Below, in pieces: positions 54,586 to 64,000 of a DNA stretch of 64,000 nt (the first letter of the stretch is position 1; every line of letters begins with the position of its first letter). Source of the stretch: Calditrichia bacterium (GTDB lineage: Bacteria > Calditrichota > Calditrichia > JAJRVZ01); contig CAVZSQ010000001.1 in assembly GCA_963777955.1 (NCBI GenBank), positions 64,001 through 128,000 of the forward strand, read 5' to 3'. The position numbers and the translations under genes were made by a program. The notes beneath the pieces were generated by a model. It saw nothing but the letters and a program-made list of their open reading frames with translations. It did not search any database and had not been told where the DNA came from.

Positions 54586-55868
54586 TTACCTTTTTCCTCT
54601 GGCTTCCATGTAAAGTTGAGTGAATTTAAGTCTGTATTGGTATGGATTTTTAAGTTCTACATGTACGAATCCGCTCCTGACCAGGTGGGCATTAAGAAAA
54701 GTACGGTTCTTAAGATATACATAGGCCGAGCGCCGCCGCCGAAGGTCTGAATCGTCATCCATATCTTTTTCGAATTTCAGGTATACTTGCTGGCCTTTGG
54801 TTTTGTCCTGTAAAAAATTAATAGCCTGCTTACGCTGCCGGGGATCCTCGACTACGCCGAGTAGATGAATTAGGGAACCATTACTGAGTTTGATTTTTTC
54901 CGGACTGATGATTTCCTTTATTCTGAAATATTTTATTTGACTGCCGGGATCGTGAGATAGAAAATCCTTTTCGTCAAGTTTGTGGGATCAATAAACCGGT
55001 AGGGAAGTGCAGCCAGACTTGCTGCGAAATTCACTTTTTTTTGTGAAGCTGTCAGAAATTCATAGCTGGCCTGTGCGGAAGTATTCTTATTTGTGATATT
55101 CAGTTTATTTTTTATAACAGGGATAAAATCGGAATTAACCTCATAACCGATCGAATTTCTTTCTAAATTTCTGGCTGCCAGCGTCGTAGTACCACTGCCT
55201 AAAAAGGGATCGAGCACAGTATCACCACTGAAAGAAAACATGCGGATCAGGCGATGGGGCAATTCCAGCGGAAACATGGCCAGATGTATATCCTGTTTCT
55301 CTCCGGCAAATTTCCAGTGTCCGGCAAAATATGTATTCCAGTCTACTGTACTTAATTTTGATTTCTCTTTGATATCTTTGCTGACTTTGGGAGGTTGACC
55401 CGGCTTTTTAAAGATCAGAATGAATTCATAATCGATTTTTAATATGCCGTTGCGGGGATAAGGAAAAGAACCCATGACAGTGGCCCCGCCGCTGGTGTTC
55501 GTAGTGGTGATCTTCTGCCAGATAATCGCCCCCATGTAGTCCATGCCGATAGTCTCGCAGAATTTTATGATCTCCGTACGGATAGGAATGACCTTGTAAC
55601 GGCCGTAATAGACCGAACGGGCAAACTGGTCGCCGATATTTATACACATGCGGCAACCTTTGTGCAGAACTCGGAAACACTCCTGCCAGACCAGGTTCAG
55701 GTTATTGATATAATTTTCATAAGAATCATGAAATCCTATCTGTCGCCTGTTTCCGTAATCTTTGAGTTGCCAGTAAGGCGGGGAAGTGATGACCAGGTGG
55801 ACCGATTCATCGGCCATAAGGTTCATCCGGCGTGAATCTCCGGTTATGACTTTATGATGCGTGATCAT
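54586..55868 (-). CDS. Beta-class N4C/N6A DNA methyltransferase with C-terminal SNase-like domain (frameshift near 54965)
   Basis: TSPPY precedes DPFLGSGTT. The shifted frame reads IKEIISPEKIKLSNG..IHLLGV...VYLKF...AYVYLKNRTFLNAHLVRSG. Confidence 0.85.
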
Positions 55869-56515
55869 AATTGCTGTATAATCGCACCGGCGGTTGTCAC
55901 AAAAGCAAATCCGAAAGCAACATTAAGCAAACTGGCCAGATGCATCTCTGCGGTGATACTTCCGGTAGCATCGGCCAGGAAAAATACCCGGTAATCCCGA
56001 TAATAGGCATCACGTGTAGTTGACTCGCAGCACATGTTGGTCATGATACCGGAAATAACCAGATCTTCAATTTTGAAACAGCGCAGCACGGTTTCCAGGT
56101 CAGTGTTGTAGAAAGCCGAATAACGATGTTTTATAATAACTTTTTCACCGGGCAGCGGTGCAATTTCAGCAGGTATTTCGCTTTCCGGACTCCCTTCCAG
56201 GCACATTCCTTCCCACCACCACTGCATAATACCCGCATCCGACAAATTGGGATGATGAACATGCCGGGAATAAATTACCGGACGCCCGGCTTTCCGGAAA
56301 GCAGCCTGTAACCGTTTTACAGTCGGTAAAATTGCCGGTCCCCCGCAGGTAAAAGTAGGTGAATCCGGATTCAGGAAAAAGCGCTGCATATCGACGATAA
56401 GCAGGGCGGCCTTGTCTTTATTGAGTTGCATTCTATGCCGGTTGAAGGGTGCGATTTCATTAAGCCACTGCTGTGTTGCACTGGCCAGGTTCTCGGCTGT
56501 GACATATGGTTTCAT
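55865..56515 (-). CDS. Isochorismatase-family cysteine hydrolase
   Basis: ALLIVDMQ, KHRYSAF and TNMCCESTTRDA. Confidence 0.9.
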   Translation of the reverse strand: MKPYVTAENLASATQQWLNEIAPFNRHRMQLNKDKAALLIVDMQRFFLNPDSPTFTCGGPAILPTVKRLQAAFRKAGRPVIYSRHVHHPNLSDAGIMQWWWEGMCLEGSPESEIPAEIAPLPGEKVIIKHRYSAFYNTDLETVLRCFKIEDLVISGIMTNMCCESTTRDAYYRDYRVFFLADATGSITAEMHLASLLNVAFGFAFVTTAGAIIQQL

Positions 56516-56530
56516 ATATTGTTTTTATCC

Positions 56531-56893
56531 TTACCTGGCGAAAATCATTTTGAGGGAAATGAGCAGCAGCGCTACTCCGAAGATCTTTTCCAGAACTATA
56601 CTAGGCAAACCGGTAGCGAATTTTGCGCCAAAAAAACTACCGATAAAGAAGCCTGCGGCCAGCAGAGCAGCAACTCGCAGATCCACAAAACCTTGCTTAT
56701 AATACGTCCAGGCTGCCAGGATTCCGATAGGCGGAACCAGCATCGCCAGGGTAGTGCCCTGGGCCTGGTGCTGCGTAAATCCGAAGAGAAAAATCAGCAC
56801 GGGCACAATGATCACCCCTCCGCCGATGCCGATTAATCCGCTTAAAATACCTGCTAAAATGCCTAAAATTAAATAAGATATAAAAGTACTCAT
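56531..56893 (-). CDS. TauE/SafE (sulfite exporter) half-size membrane protein
   Basis: GILSGLIGIGGGVIIVP...QHQAQGTTLA. Confidence 0.85.
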   Translation of the reverse strand: MSTFISYLILGILAGILSGLIGIGGGVIIVPVLIFLFGFTQHQAQGTTLAMLVPPIGILAAWTYYKQGFVDLRVAALLAAGFFIGSFFGAKFATGLPSIVLEKIFGVALLLISLKMIFAR

Positions 56894-57082
56894 ATTCCCA
56901 ATCCTCATCTGCCAGGCAGGTTTAATGTAAACAGATTAAAGCTGATTTAAAGTTGTCTTAGTATTATCACGGGAATTTTTAATTAATATAACTAAAAATA
57001 TTTCAGGCCTTACGCACAATGTTGCCGGCAATGACAACTGCACAAAGTTTTTAATCGGTCATTGCTGGTATAGAAAAAGGCT

Positions 57083-57661
57083 TTAGTGCTCTGGCTGCTG
57101 ATGGCCTGATTCGGATCCGCTTATGGCTTTATGCAGATTTTCAATAAAATGCATGAAGGTAACATAGGCTTCAACATATTCTCTTCCGGCTTCAACACTG
57201 CTATTCGCCTGTTTCTTTTTCTCAATAACATCAGAGAATAATTTATTTATTCTTTTCGCTGTTTCATTATTGAGATCTTCGATCAGTTCATCAATTTTGC
57301 CTGTAGTCAGTGACTGATCGGACATTGCGACAATCGGCTCAACCGGTGTTGATTTTAAACCTGTATATGCTTCCCCTTCACCGGCACGGTGTAATCTGAC
57401 CAGAGTCTCAAAAAAATACAAATCAGCCAGTTCTTTTGCCTCGCTGCTTTTTACTCTGACCAGTAATGTCTTTTTGAATAACTCTGTGATCTGCTGTTCA
57501 TTTTCCGGTTTTAACCATTTAAGCACAGGAGTCACATCCCCTTTTTCCAGAGCATTCCTGGCATCTTTTATCACCGGCCCTGCGAAAGTATCACAGTGAG
57601 CACGGACAGTTACTGGTATCAGCAGTGCTGCAATCATAAGGATAACTATGCAATACTTCAT
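57083..57661 (-). CDS. DUF6448-like secreted protein
   Basis: Signal peptide, then AHCDT..GPV..A..AL, FFETLVRLHR.GEG..YTGLK and GREYVEAYV. Confidence 0.75.
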   Translation of the reverse strand: MKYCIVILMIAALLIPVTVRAHCDTFAGPVIKDARNALEKGDVTPVLKWLKPENEQQITELFKKTLLVRVKSSEAKELADLYFFETLVRLHRAGEGEAYTGLKSTPVEPIVAMSDQSLTTGKIDELIEDLNNETAKRINKLFSDVIEKKKQANSSVEAGREYVEAYVTFMHFIENLHKAISGSESGHQQPEH

Positions 57662-57680
57662 GGCGAATTCTCCCGGGGTG

Positions 57681-59368
57681 TTATTTCAGTAAAATGATTT
57701 TTTTGGTCAGATCATAATTTCCGGCCTGCAGGCGGTAGAAGTAAAGACCGCTGGGCATATTCAGCGCGTCCCATTCTTGAAGGTGCTGGCCAGCCGGCAG
57801 TTGTCCGGACACCAGCGTTGAAACCTCTCTGCCTAAAAGATCGTAGATCTTTAAAGTGACAAATAATCGGGAGGGCAGGGTAAAAGAAATCATTGTCGAG
57901 GCGTTGAACGGATTGGGATAGGCCTGTTCTAAGATCACCTGAGTTGGCAGCAGGCCGGATGAACCGGGATCCCCGATTGCTGTTGGATTGGTATCCACAA
58001 CAAGTGTATCCGACGTGCATTTGTAACCGTTCAAAAACGTGTGCACATAGTACTTGTAAATTCTGCCGATCCTGATGGATTCAAAAGGTGGGGAAAAGGT
58101 GCTGCCGGCCTGATACCCTGTCATGGCACTGAGTCCGGCGCTGCTGGAAATACGGTGCAGCATTTGCAATCCGGCCGAACTGTCCGGCCAGTGTACAGTA
58201 ATCGTATACCTTATATTGGATCCGCTTGTTCCAATCCTTTTTGCGGTCAGTACCGGGGCATGGGCACCATTGCTCACTTTGAGTGCCTGCAGTTCGGCAA
58301 CCGCTACAGTGTCACCGGCGGGATAACTCGCACCGGAAACGGTCAGACGGAGATAACGGGCGCTGACCGGGACAATTTTTTCATGAACAATGGCGGCGGT
58401 ATCGGTCCTGGCCGACCGGTCCAGAGCCGGCAGCCAGGTACTTGAATCTTCCGATGCTTCCACCAGGAATTTATACCCCACTCTGGAGGCCGTCCCGAAT
58501 TTTAACCGGATCAGATCAAGGATTTGAATCGAATCAAGATCCACCACCGCACTTGCCGGAAATCCCGTCGTTTTCCAGAACGTCAAGTCATCTTCGTCTA
58601 CCAGGTTGGCTGGACCATAAACGGACGGGATCGAGCGATCCGCTTCCGGCGACTGCACTGCCGGCCGCGGCATTGATATCTTCAACCTGGACGATTGGAT
58701 TGCCGGTCAGGGTTGAATAGAACAATTCTGCCATAAGGGCCAAACCGACTGCATTGGGATGAATTCCATCGGGAATAAGGTCGGAATGAGTTGACATGTA
58801 AGTATAAAAATCTATTACCGGACAACCTTTGTCCGCGGCAACCTGTTGAATCATGGGAATAATGTCGGTGACAATGATCGAATCATTAATATCGTAAGCC
58901 GAACTGAAAGCAGGCGGTGGAAGACATAACCATACTACCGGATTGCTGGATAATGTCCGGAAGGTATCGACCATCGCCTTGTAATCATTGACGAATTCAC
59001 CCTTATGATCGTCCCAGTTAAAGTACTTGCTGTCATTGGTGCCCAGCATAATAGTCACAATGTTCGGATTAAAATTAAGAGCGTCCTTAAAAAGTTGTTC
59101 ATTCCAGATGGGAAAATCGCCATTACGTAACATGGTACGTCCCGATACACCACAATTTTTCACCGACCAGCCATCCCCCAGGAACTTGCCAAGTTGTGCA
59201 GGATAACCATATATCGCAGGATCACCAGCTGCCGAACCTTCGGTGATACTGTTACCCACACAGGTCTACCCGGATTATATCGGTTTGGGCCTGCACGGGC
59301 ATCGTTATCATGCTACTAATTATTAAAAACAGTGAGCAGGTTAAAAGGACAAAGATTCGCTTTGACAT
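57681..59368 (-). CDS. Secreted GDSL/SGNH esterase with discoidin (F5/8C) domains and C-terminal sorting domain, frameshifted
   Basis: GNSITEG, MLGTND and DGIHPN; ARYLRL discoidin pattern; AYPNPFN...YDLLGREV...SGLYFY. Confidence 0.8.
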
Positions 59369-59584
59369 TTTTGTCTTCCTTTCCGGGTATTAAATTTGAT
59401 CATATAATTAATAGGTATTAAAAGTATTTTGTCATCGATTGATTAAATGCTTTTTAAAATACATATTCCCGGGTAAATGATCAATAACTTCTTCACTGAG
59501 CTTGGTCTTTCCAATCTTCTATAATTATCATACAGACCGCTTCTTTAACTGCTTCAAAAAATTGATTTGGTATTCCTTTCCGGG

Positions 59585-60400
59585 TCAGCCTGTTTTCAAT
59601 CCTTCGGCCCAGGAAACAGCGTACCACAAGGAAGCATCTGGTTTTTGCCGCCAGGTACCGAAGAAGTTTACAATCCGGTCAAATTTTGGTGCTTCAAACA
59701 AGTTTTGCTCCAAAATTTTTGCCCGGGCCCCGCTGATAACTGCAACCAGGTTATCGACATAGACATTAAAATTCTCAGCGCCGCTGCAACTGCCAAAAAA
59801 TATCCAGCTATTACGGGTGGGTGCAGCGCCTGCCTGGTACAGCAGAGTGACGAGTTTTTTACCTATGATAGGATCATTGCCGCTGTTGATATAGGTCCGC
59901 ATGTAGACTTTCCATAAAGCAGCGAGTCCGGGAATAACCGGATGCACACGCAGGATTTCATGATCATCATCAGCCAGGACAATACGGCCCCCTTTTTTAA
60001 CGGCAATTACCATCTGCTTCACTACATTCAGGGGATCGGGAACATGTTCCAGCAGAAAACGGGTAAAGACAACATCGAATGTGCCCCATTCCTGCTCCCG
60101 AAGCGGCAAATGCCGGGCATCACCCTGGCGGAATTCGATCAGTTTATCTTCTGATGATTTCCTGGCCTGCTGCAGTGCTTCATTAATTTGTTCCTTGCTT
60201 CTTTCTATGCCGAGTACCACCGTTCCGGCTTCTTTAGCCATAGCCCGCGAGAACTGACCAAGACCGCTGCCCACATCGAGGATCTTTTCTCCGCCTTGTA
60301 AAGATAACTCTTTTAAACAGGCCTGATTGAGCAGAATAGTATTTAACAAGGTCAGACGCTGCTGTTCTTCAGAACTGGTTCCGTGAATGTAATGTGACAT
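59585..60400 (-). CDS. Class I SAM-dependent methyltransferase
   Basis: ILDVGSGLG, GDA..LP and FDVVFTRFLLEHV. Confidence 0.9.
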   Translation of the reverse strand: MSHYIHGTSSEEQQRLTLLNTILLNQACLKELSLQGGEKILDVGSGLGQFSRAMAKEAGTVVLGIERSKEQINEALQQARKSSEDKLIEFRQGDARHLPLREQEWGTFDVVFTRFLLEHVPDPLNVVKQMVIAVKKGGRIVLADDDHEILRVHPVIPGLAALWKVYMRTYINSGNDPIIGKKLVTLLYQAGAAPTRNSWIFFGSCSGAENFNVYVDNLVAVISGARAKILEQNLFEAPKFDRIVNFFGTWRQKPDASLWYAVSWAEGLKTG

Positions 60401-60432
60401 TTATGTTACCTGTGTTAGTTTACTGTTTTAAT

Positions 60433-61104
60433 TCAGTCTTTTTGTTTTCCTGGTAATAGAAAGGAAGTTTTATCTTTGTAGGCCAAATAGGATGCGCCGA
60501 AGCGGAACTCCAATTCACGTTCTTCATAAACTTTGAGAAAGAAAATCAAGGCCGGTGCAATCAGCAAGACAACCCAAATTATATAAACAAGAGACTGGAA
60601 ATATATACCTGCCGAAACCAGCGCTGCTAATGTACATAAAACCATTGGATTTCTGGTGTAAGAATACATCCAGCGATTGGCCAGACGCCTGCTTAAAGCG
60701 ATGGCAAAAGGTGCCCCGAATCCACTGATGGCAAGATTTAATACAGTCAAAGCCAGAAAAAATCCGGTTATGTATAGTAAAGTAAGTCCGATCCCAAGCG
60801 GTAGCGGTATGAGTTTATCTGACCATACTGAAAAAAGTTTGACCGAGGCGATGATAGAAGCACCGAAGAGAATCATCAGCACCATGTGCAGAATGCTTGT
60901 TGTCCAGGCAAAACGGTCAGGGGCAGGTTTCCGGTCAACTATTTTCCTTGCGGCCCAGACAACAGGAAAAACCAATGTAATCGGAATAATCAAGATGAGT
61001 GATGTACCAAAACGATTGAAATCATGAGATTGAACTATTCGCCAAACAGCCAGTGTGAAGAAAAAACCAATAAAACGAAAAATATTAAGCAGGGCAGTTT
61101 TCAT
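60433..61104 (-). CDS. ICMT/PEMT-family membrane methyltransferase
   Basis: YSYTRNPM...YEERELEFRFG..Y..Y. Confidence 0.8.
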   Translation of the reverse strand: MKTALLNIFRFIGFFFTLAVWRIVQSHDFNRFGTSLILIIPITLVFPVVWAARKIVDRKPAPDRFAWTTSILHMVLMILFGASIIASVKLFSVWSDKLIPLPLGIGLTLLYITGFFLALTVLNLAISGFGAPFAIALSRRLANRWMYSYTRNPMVLCTLAALVSAGIYFQSLVYIIWVVLLIAPALIFFLKVYEERELEFRFGASYLAYKDKTSFLLPGKQKD

Positions 61105-61227
61105 ATTTCCTTTCCTGTACTTAAATTCCGGTTTGCAATATTAATATACCACATACTCTGGAATATCGCAGCTGATCCATTTGTTTTATTAAATTAAATA
61201 TATGTTAATTTTGGTGATGACGACTGA

Positions 61228-62478
61228 ATGAACTCAACAGGCAGCGCACAAGATCAAAAATCTAATCAAATTATGTATCTTATCTGGTTCACGATCGTAT
61301 TTTTGGTTTTAAGTCTCGGCTATGCTTATCTAGGCTGGCGACTTATCGTCCCGATAAGACTCGGATCGCCATGGAATATACTGATCTGGACCGGCCTGGC
61401 TGTTTTATTGATACTTCCGCTGCTGTCGACATTGCTGATACGCCATTACGAAAAAATGACCGATCCATTGTCCTGGATTGCCTATGTGGGACTGGGGTTT
61501 ATTTCTTTCATCATCACTCTATTGCTGGCCCGTGATATTTTCTGGCTGCTATGGTCGGGACTGGAAAAAGGATACACCCTGGTACATAATCTTTTTTCTG
61601 CGACTTCGGTTGAATCACCCTCGGATCCAGCGCGGAGAGATTTCCTGCTGCAAATGACCAATCTGGCTGTAGTCGGTATTTCTGCCACACTTACAGCCTA
61701 CGGTATTTTTGAAGCACGGCGAAAACCGGGGATTGTCAGGATCACTGTACCTATCCATGGACTTGACCACAATTTACATGGATACAGGATTGTACAGATC
61801 ACCGACCTTCATGCCGGTTTGACCGTCAGGCGGAACTGGATTGAAACAATCGTCGCCGAGGTGCAGACCTTACGGCCTGATCTGATCGCCTTTACCGGTG
61901 ATTTGGCTGATGGCACTGTTGCGCATCTCTCGGCTGATGTTGCACCCTTCGGAAAATTACAGGCCGCCGGCGGAAAATATTTTGTCACCGGCAACCATGA
62001 ATACTTTACCGCTGTAAGGCCCTGGCTCGAGGAGATAAAACACCTGGGATTTGATGTACTTATTAATGAACACCGGGTGATCAGGCATAACGGTTGCTCA
62101 TTTGTGTTAGCTGGTGTAACGGATTCCATTGCTGAACATTTCCTGCCAGAGCATAAACCTGATCTGGAGGCTTCGCTCCGCGGTGTTCCGGCAGCGACTG
62201 TTCGAATTCTGCTGGCGCACCAGCCGCATACGCTGTACCAGGCAAATAAACTGGGATTTGATCTGGTCATCAGCGGGCATACGCACGGTGGACAGTTCTT
62301 CCCCTGGAATTTTGCTGCCGCGATCGGTCAACCGTATATATCGGGATTGCACTGTTATAACGGGACCTGGATCTATGTAAGCAAAGGAACAGGTTACTGG
62401 GGACCGCCGGTCCGTGTAGGTGCCCGTTCCGAAATCACGGTTATCACACTGGAACAAGGAATTGAACAAAAAACATGA
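61228..62478 (+). CDS. Membrane-anchored metallophosphoesterase (YkuE-like)
   Basis: DLH, TGD, TGNHE, LAHQP and SGHTHGGQ. Confidence 0.92.
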   Translation: MNSTGSAQDQKSNQIMYLIWFTIVFLVLSLGYAYLGWRLIVPIRLGSPWNILIWTGLAVLLILPLLSTLLIRHYEKMTDPLSWIAYVGLGFISFIITLLLARDIFWLLWSGLEKGYTLVHNLFSATSVESPSDPARRDFLLQMTNLAVVGISATLTAYGIFEARRKPGIVRITVPIHGLDHNLHGYRIVQITDLHAGLTVRRNWIETIVAEVQTLRPDLIAFTGDLADGTVAHLSADVAPFGKLQAAGGKYFVTGNHEYFTAVRPWLEEIKHLGFDVLINEHRVIRHNGCSFVLAGVTDSIAEHFLPEHKPDLEASLRGVPAATVRILLAHQPHTLYQANKLGFDLVISGHTHGGQFFPWNFAAAIGQPYISGLHCYNGTWIYVSKGTGYWGPPVRVGARSEITVITLEQGIEQKT

Positions 62479-62491
62479 AAGGAAAATAATT

Positions 62492-63182
62492 ATGTCTAAG
62501 AATATAGGGATACTCGGAACCGGCGTAGTGGCTCAAGCCATTGCCGGCAAATTGAACGAACTGGGGTACTCAATCACCATCGGTACCCGCGATGTAGCCA
62601 AAACACTGGCATTTACGGAACGCAATCAGTATGGTGGTCCACCTTTCGCTGAATGGCATCAGCAGTACAAGATGATAAAACTGGGTACCTTTTCAGACGC
62701 AGCTCAATTCGGTGATATTATTTTTAATTGTATAAAAGGGGATGCTGCGTTGGAAGCATTAAAACTGCTGGGAACAGATACGGTTCAGAAATAAAACAAT
62801 CATCGATATTTCTAATCCACTGGACTTTTCCAAGGGGATGCCTCCATCGCTGGTACCTGAATGGACTAACACCAATTCCCTGGGTGAGGAAATACAGGCG
62901 TTATTGCCTGGTGCCAATGTGGTCAAGACGTTGAATATCGTTAATTGTGAGGTCATGGTAGACGCAAAAAAATCGGGGGGTGATCCGACCATGTTCATCG
63001 CCGGCAACAACGCTCAGGCCAAGGAGGAAGTTAAAAAACTCCTGCGGCAGTTCGGCTGGAACGATATCATCGATCTGGGCGATATCAGCGGCGCCCGCGG
63101 TATGGAGATGTTGCTGCCGATCTGGCTGAGAGTCTGGGGTGCTACCAGGAACGGGCATTTTGGATTTAAAATTGTACGATAA
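62492..63182 (+). CDS. NADP oxidoreductase (F420-dependent NADP reductase-like), frameshifted near 62790
   Basis: IGILGTGVVA, IDISNPLDF, SLGEEIQ, VVKTLN and DLGDI..AR. Confidence 0.85.
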
Positions 63183-63244
63183 TCCTTGATTTAATAATAG
63201 AATAAATTCCCGCTGTAATTTCCCGGCAGCGGGCTTTAGAACGA

Positions 63245-64000
63245 TTACCTGATCAGGATCAATTTTTTTACCAGTAATTTTTGACCCGCTTCCAGACGGC
63301 AGATATATATTCCACTGGCAAATCCGCTGGCATTCCAGGTAGTCTTATAATCTCCGCGTGATAAAGGCTGCTCAAGGAGAGTGGCTACCAATTCACCAAG
63401 AATATTAAAAATCTGAATCCGCACCTGTGAATGCTGCGCAATTGAGAATTCAATGGTCGTAAGCGGATTGAATGGATTGGGATAGTTTTGATACAAATAA
63501 AATTTGTTCAGGCTGACAGTTTGGTCTTCAATAGCGGTACCCTGGGAGAATTGCAGCCAGTTTAATTGGAAGCCTCCCTGCACAGCCTGCATTCTCAGTA
63601 TTTGATCTCCTGCGGAAAGTTGAACGGTGCTTGATACGGTTTCCCAGGTATTAAATGATCCGGTGACCGGTAATGTTAAGATTGATATGGCAGCGCCGCT
63701 GATCCATAATTGAATCTGGCCCGTATCGGCAGCACTTGATACACGGTATTCCACTGTATATAAACCGGATTGAGTGACGTTTACATAATAATCGGCCCAA
63801 TCCCCGTCATTGATACTGGACAATGATTTTCCAGCCCCAATATCAGAACAGATCTTTGTCGAAATACCCGTCTGGTAATAATACATCTCTGCTTCGATTT
63901 TATTCGGGATGAAATGAATATATTTATAATCATGCAATAGGTTGTAAACAGGAAAATTTTCAAACGCACCTAACTGACCTCCATCATAAGCCTGGACATT
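63245..64000 (-). CDS. C-terminal part of a secreted protein with CBM6-like domain and C-terminal sorting domain (runs off the window)
   Basis: IEAE.Y...GDWADY.VNV..SG.Y.VEYRV...TGSFNTW; YQNYPNPFNP...ASGIY. Confidence 0.8.
   Translation of the reverse strand, partial: NVQAYDGGQLGAFENFPVYNLLHDYKYIHFIPNKIEAEMYYYQTGISTKICSDIGAGKSLSSINDGDWADYYVNVTQSGLYTVEYRVSSAADTGQIQLWISGAAISILTLPVTGSFNTWETVSSTVQLSAGDQILRMQAVQGGFQLNWLQFSQGTAIEDQTVSLNKFYLYQNYPNPFNPLTTIEFSIAQHSQVRIQIFNILGELVATLLEQPLSRGDYKTTWNASGFASGIYICRLEAGQKLLVKKLILIR

Overview
This is a 64-kb bacterial chromosomal segment, probably from an anaerobic FCB-group organism (KSB1/Calditrichota/Ignavibacteria-like). That placement is inferred from three secreted proteins ending in a YPNPF-type sorting domain. 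About 20 genes carry single-base frameshifts, most likely uncorrected long-read errors. (1) 1-15.7 kb is a mosaic, partly decayed general-stress island. It holds a LuxR regulator tail, kaiC-kaiB without kaiA, a pseudo-receiver, an AI-2E transporter, a baeRF/Balon-like protein, GlsB/YeaQ, OmpA, CsbD and lmo0937. A ~120-bp promoter module occurs twice in it, and an AT-rich gene is inserted at its right end. (2) 15.7-42 kb is mostly housekeeping: glpD, a Crp regulator with tandem palindromic operators, a STAND-like ATPase with Sel1 repeats, ccmF, pheA, thyX, nadA, tdh-kbl, tRNA-Ala(GGC) and a highly divergent enolase overlapping the tRNA. (3) 42.3-46.4 kb holds a complete mercury-methylation operon, marR-hgcA-hgcB, next to an ArsR plus Cys-rich coiled-coil peptide module with twin operators. 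(4) 46.4-64 kb holds glycan-use genes (GH29, sialate O-acetylesterase, AraC), an orphan DNA methyltransferase with an SNase-like tail, and assorted enzymes. Several families of REP-like palindromes fill the intergenic spaces. No CRISPR array, rRNA, integrase or transposase was seen. All family calls come from motif recognition, not database searches.
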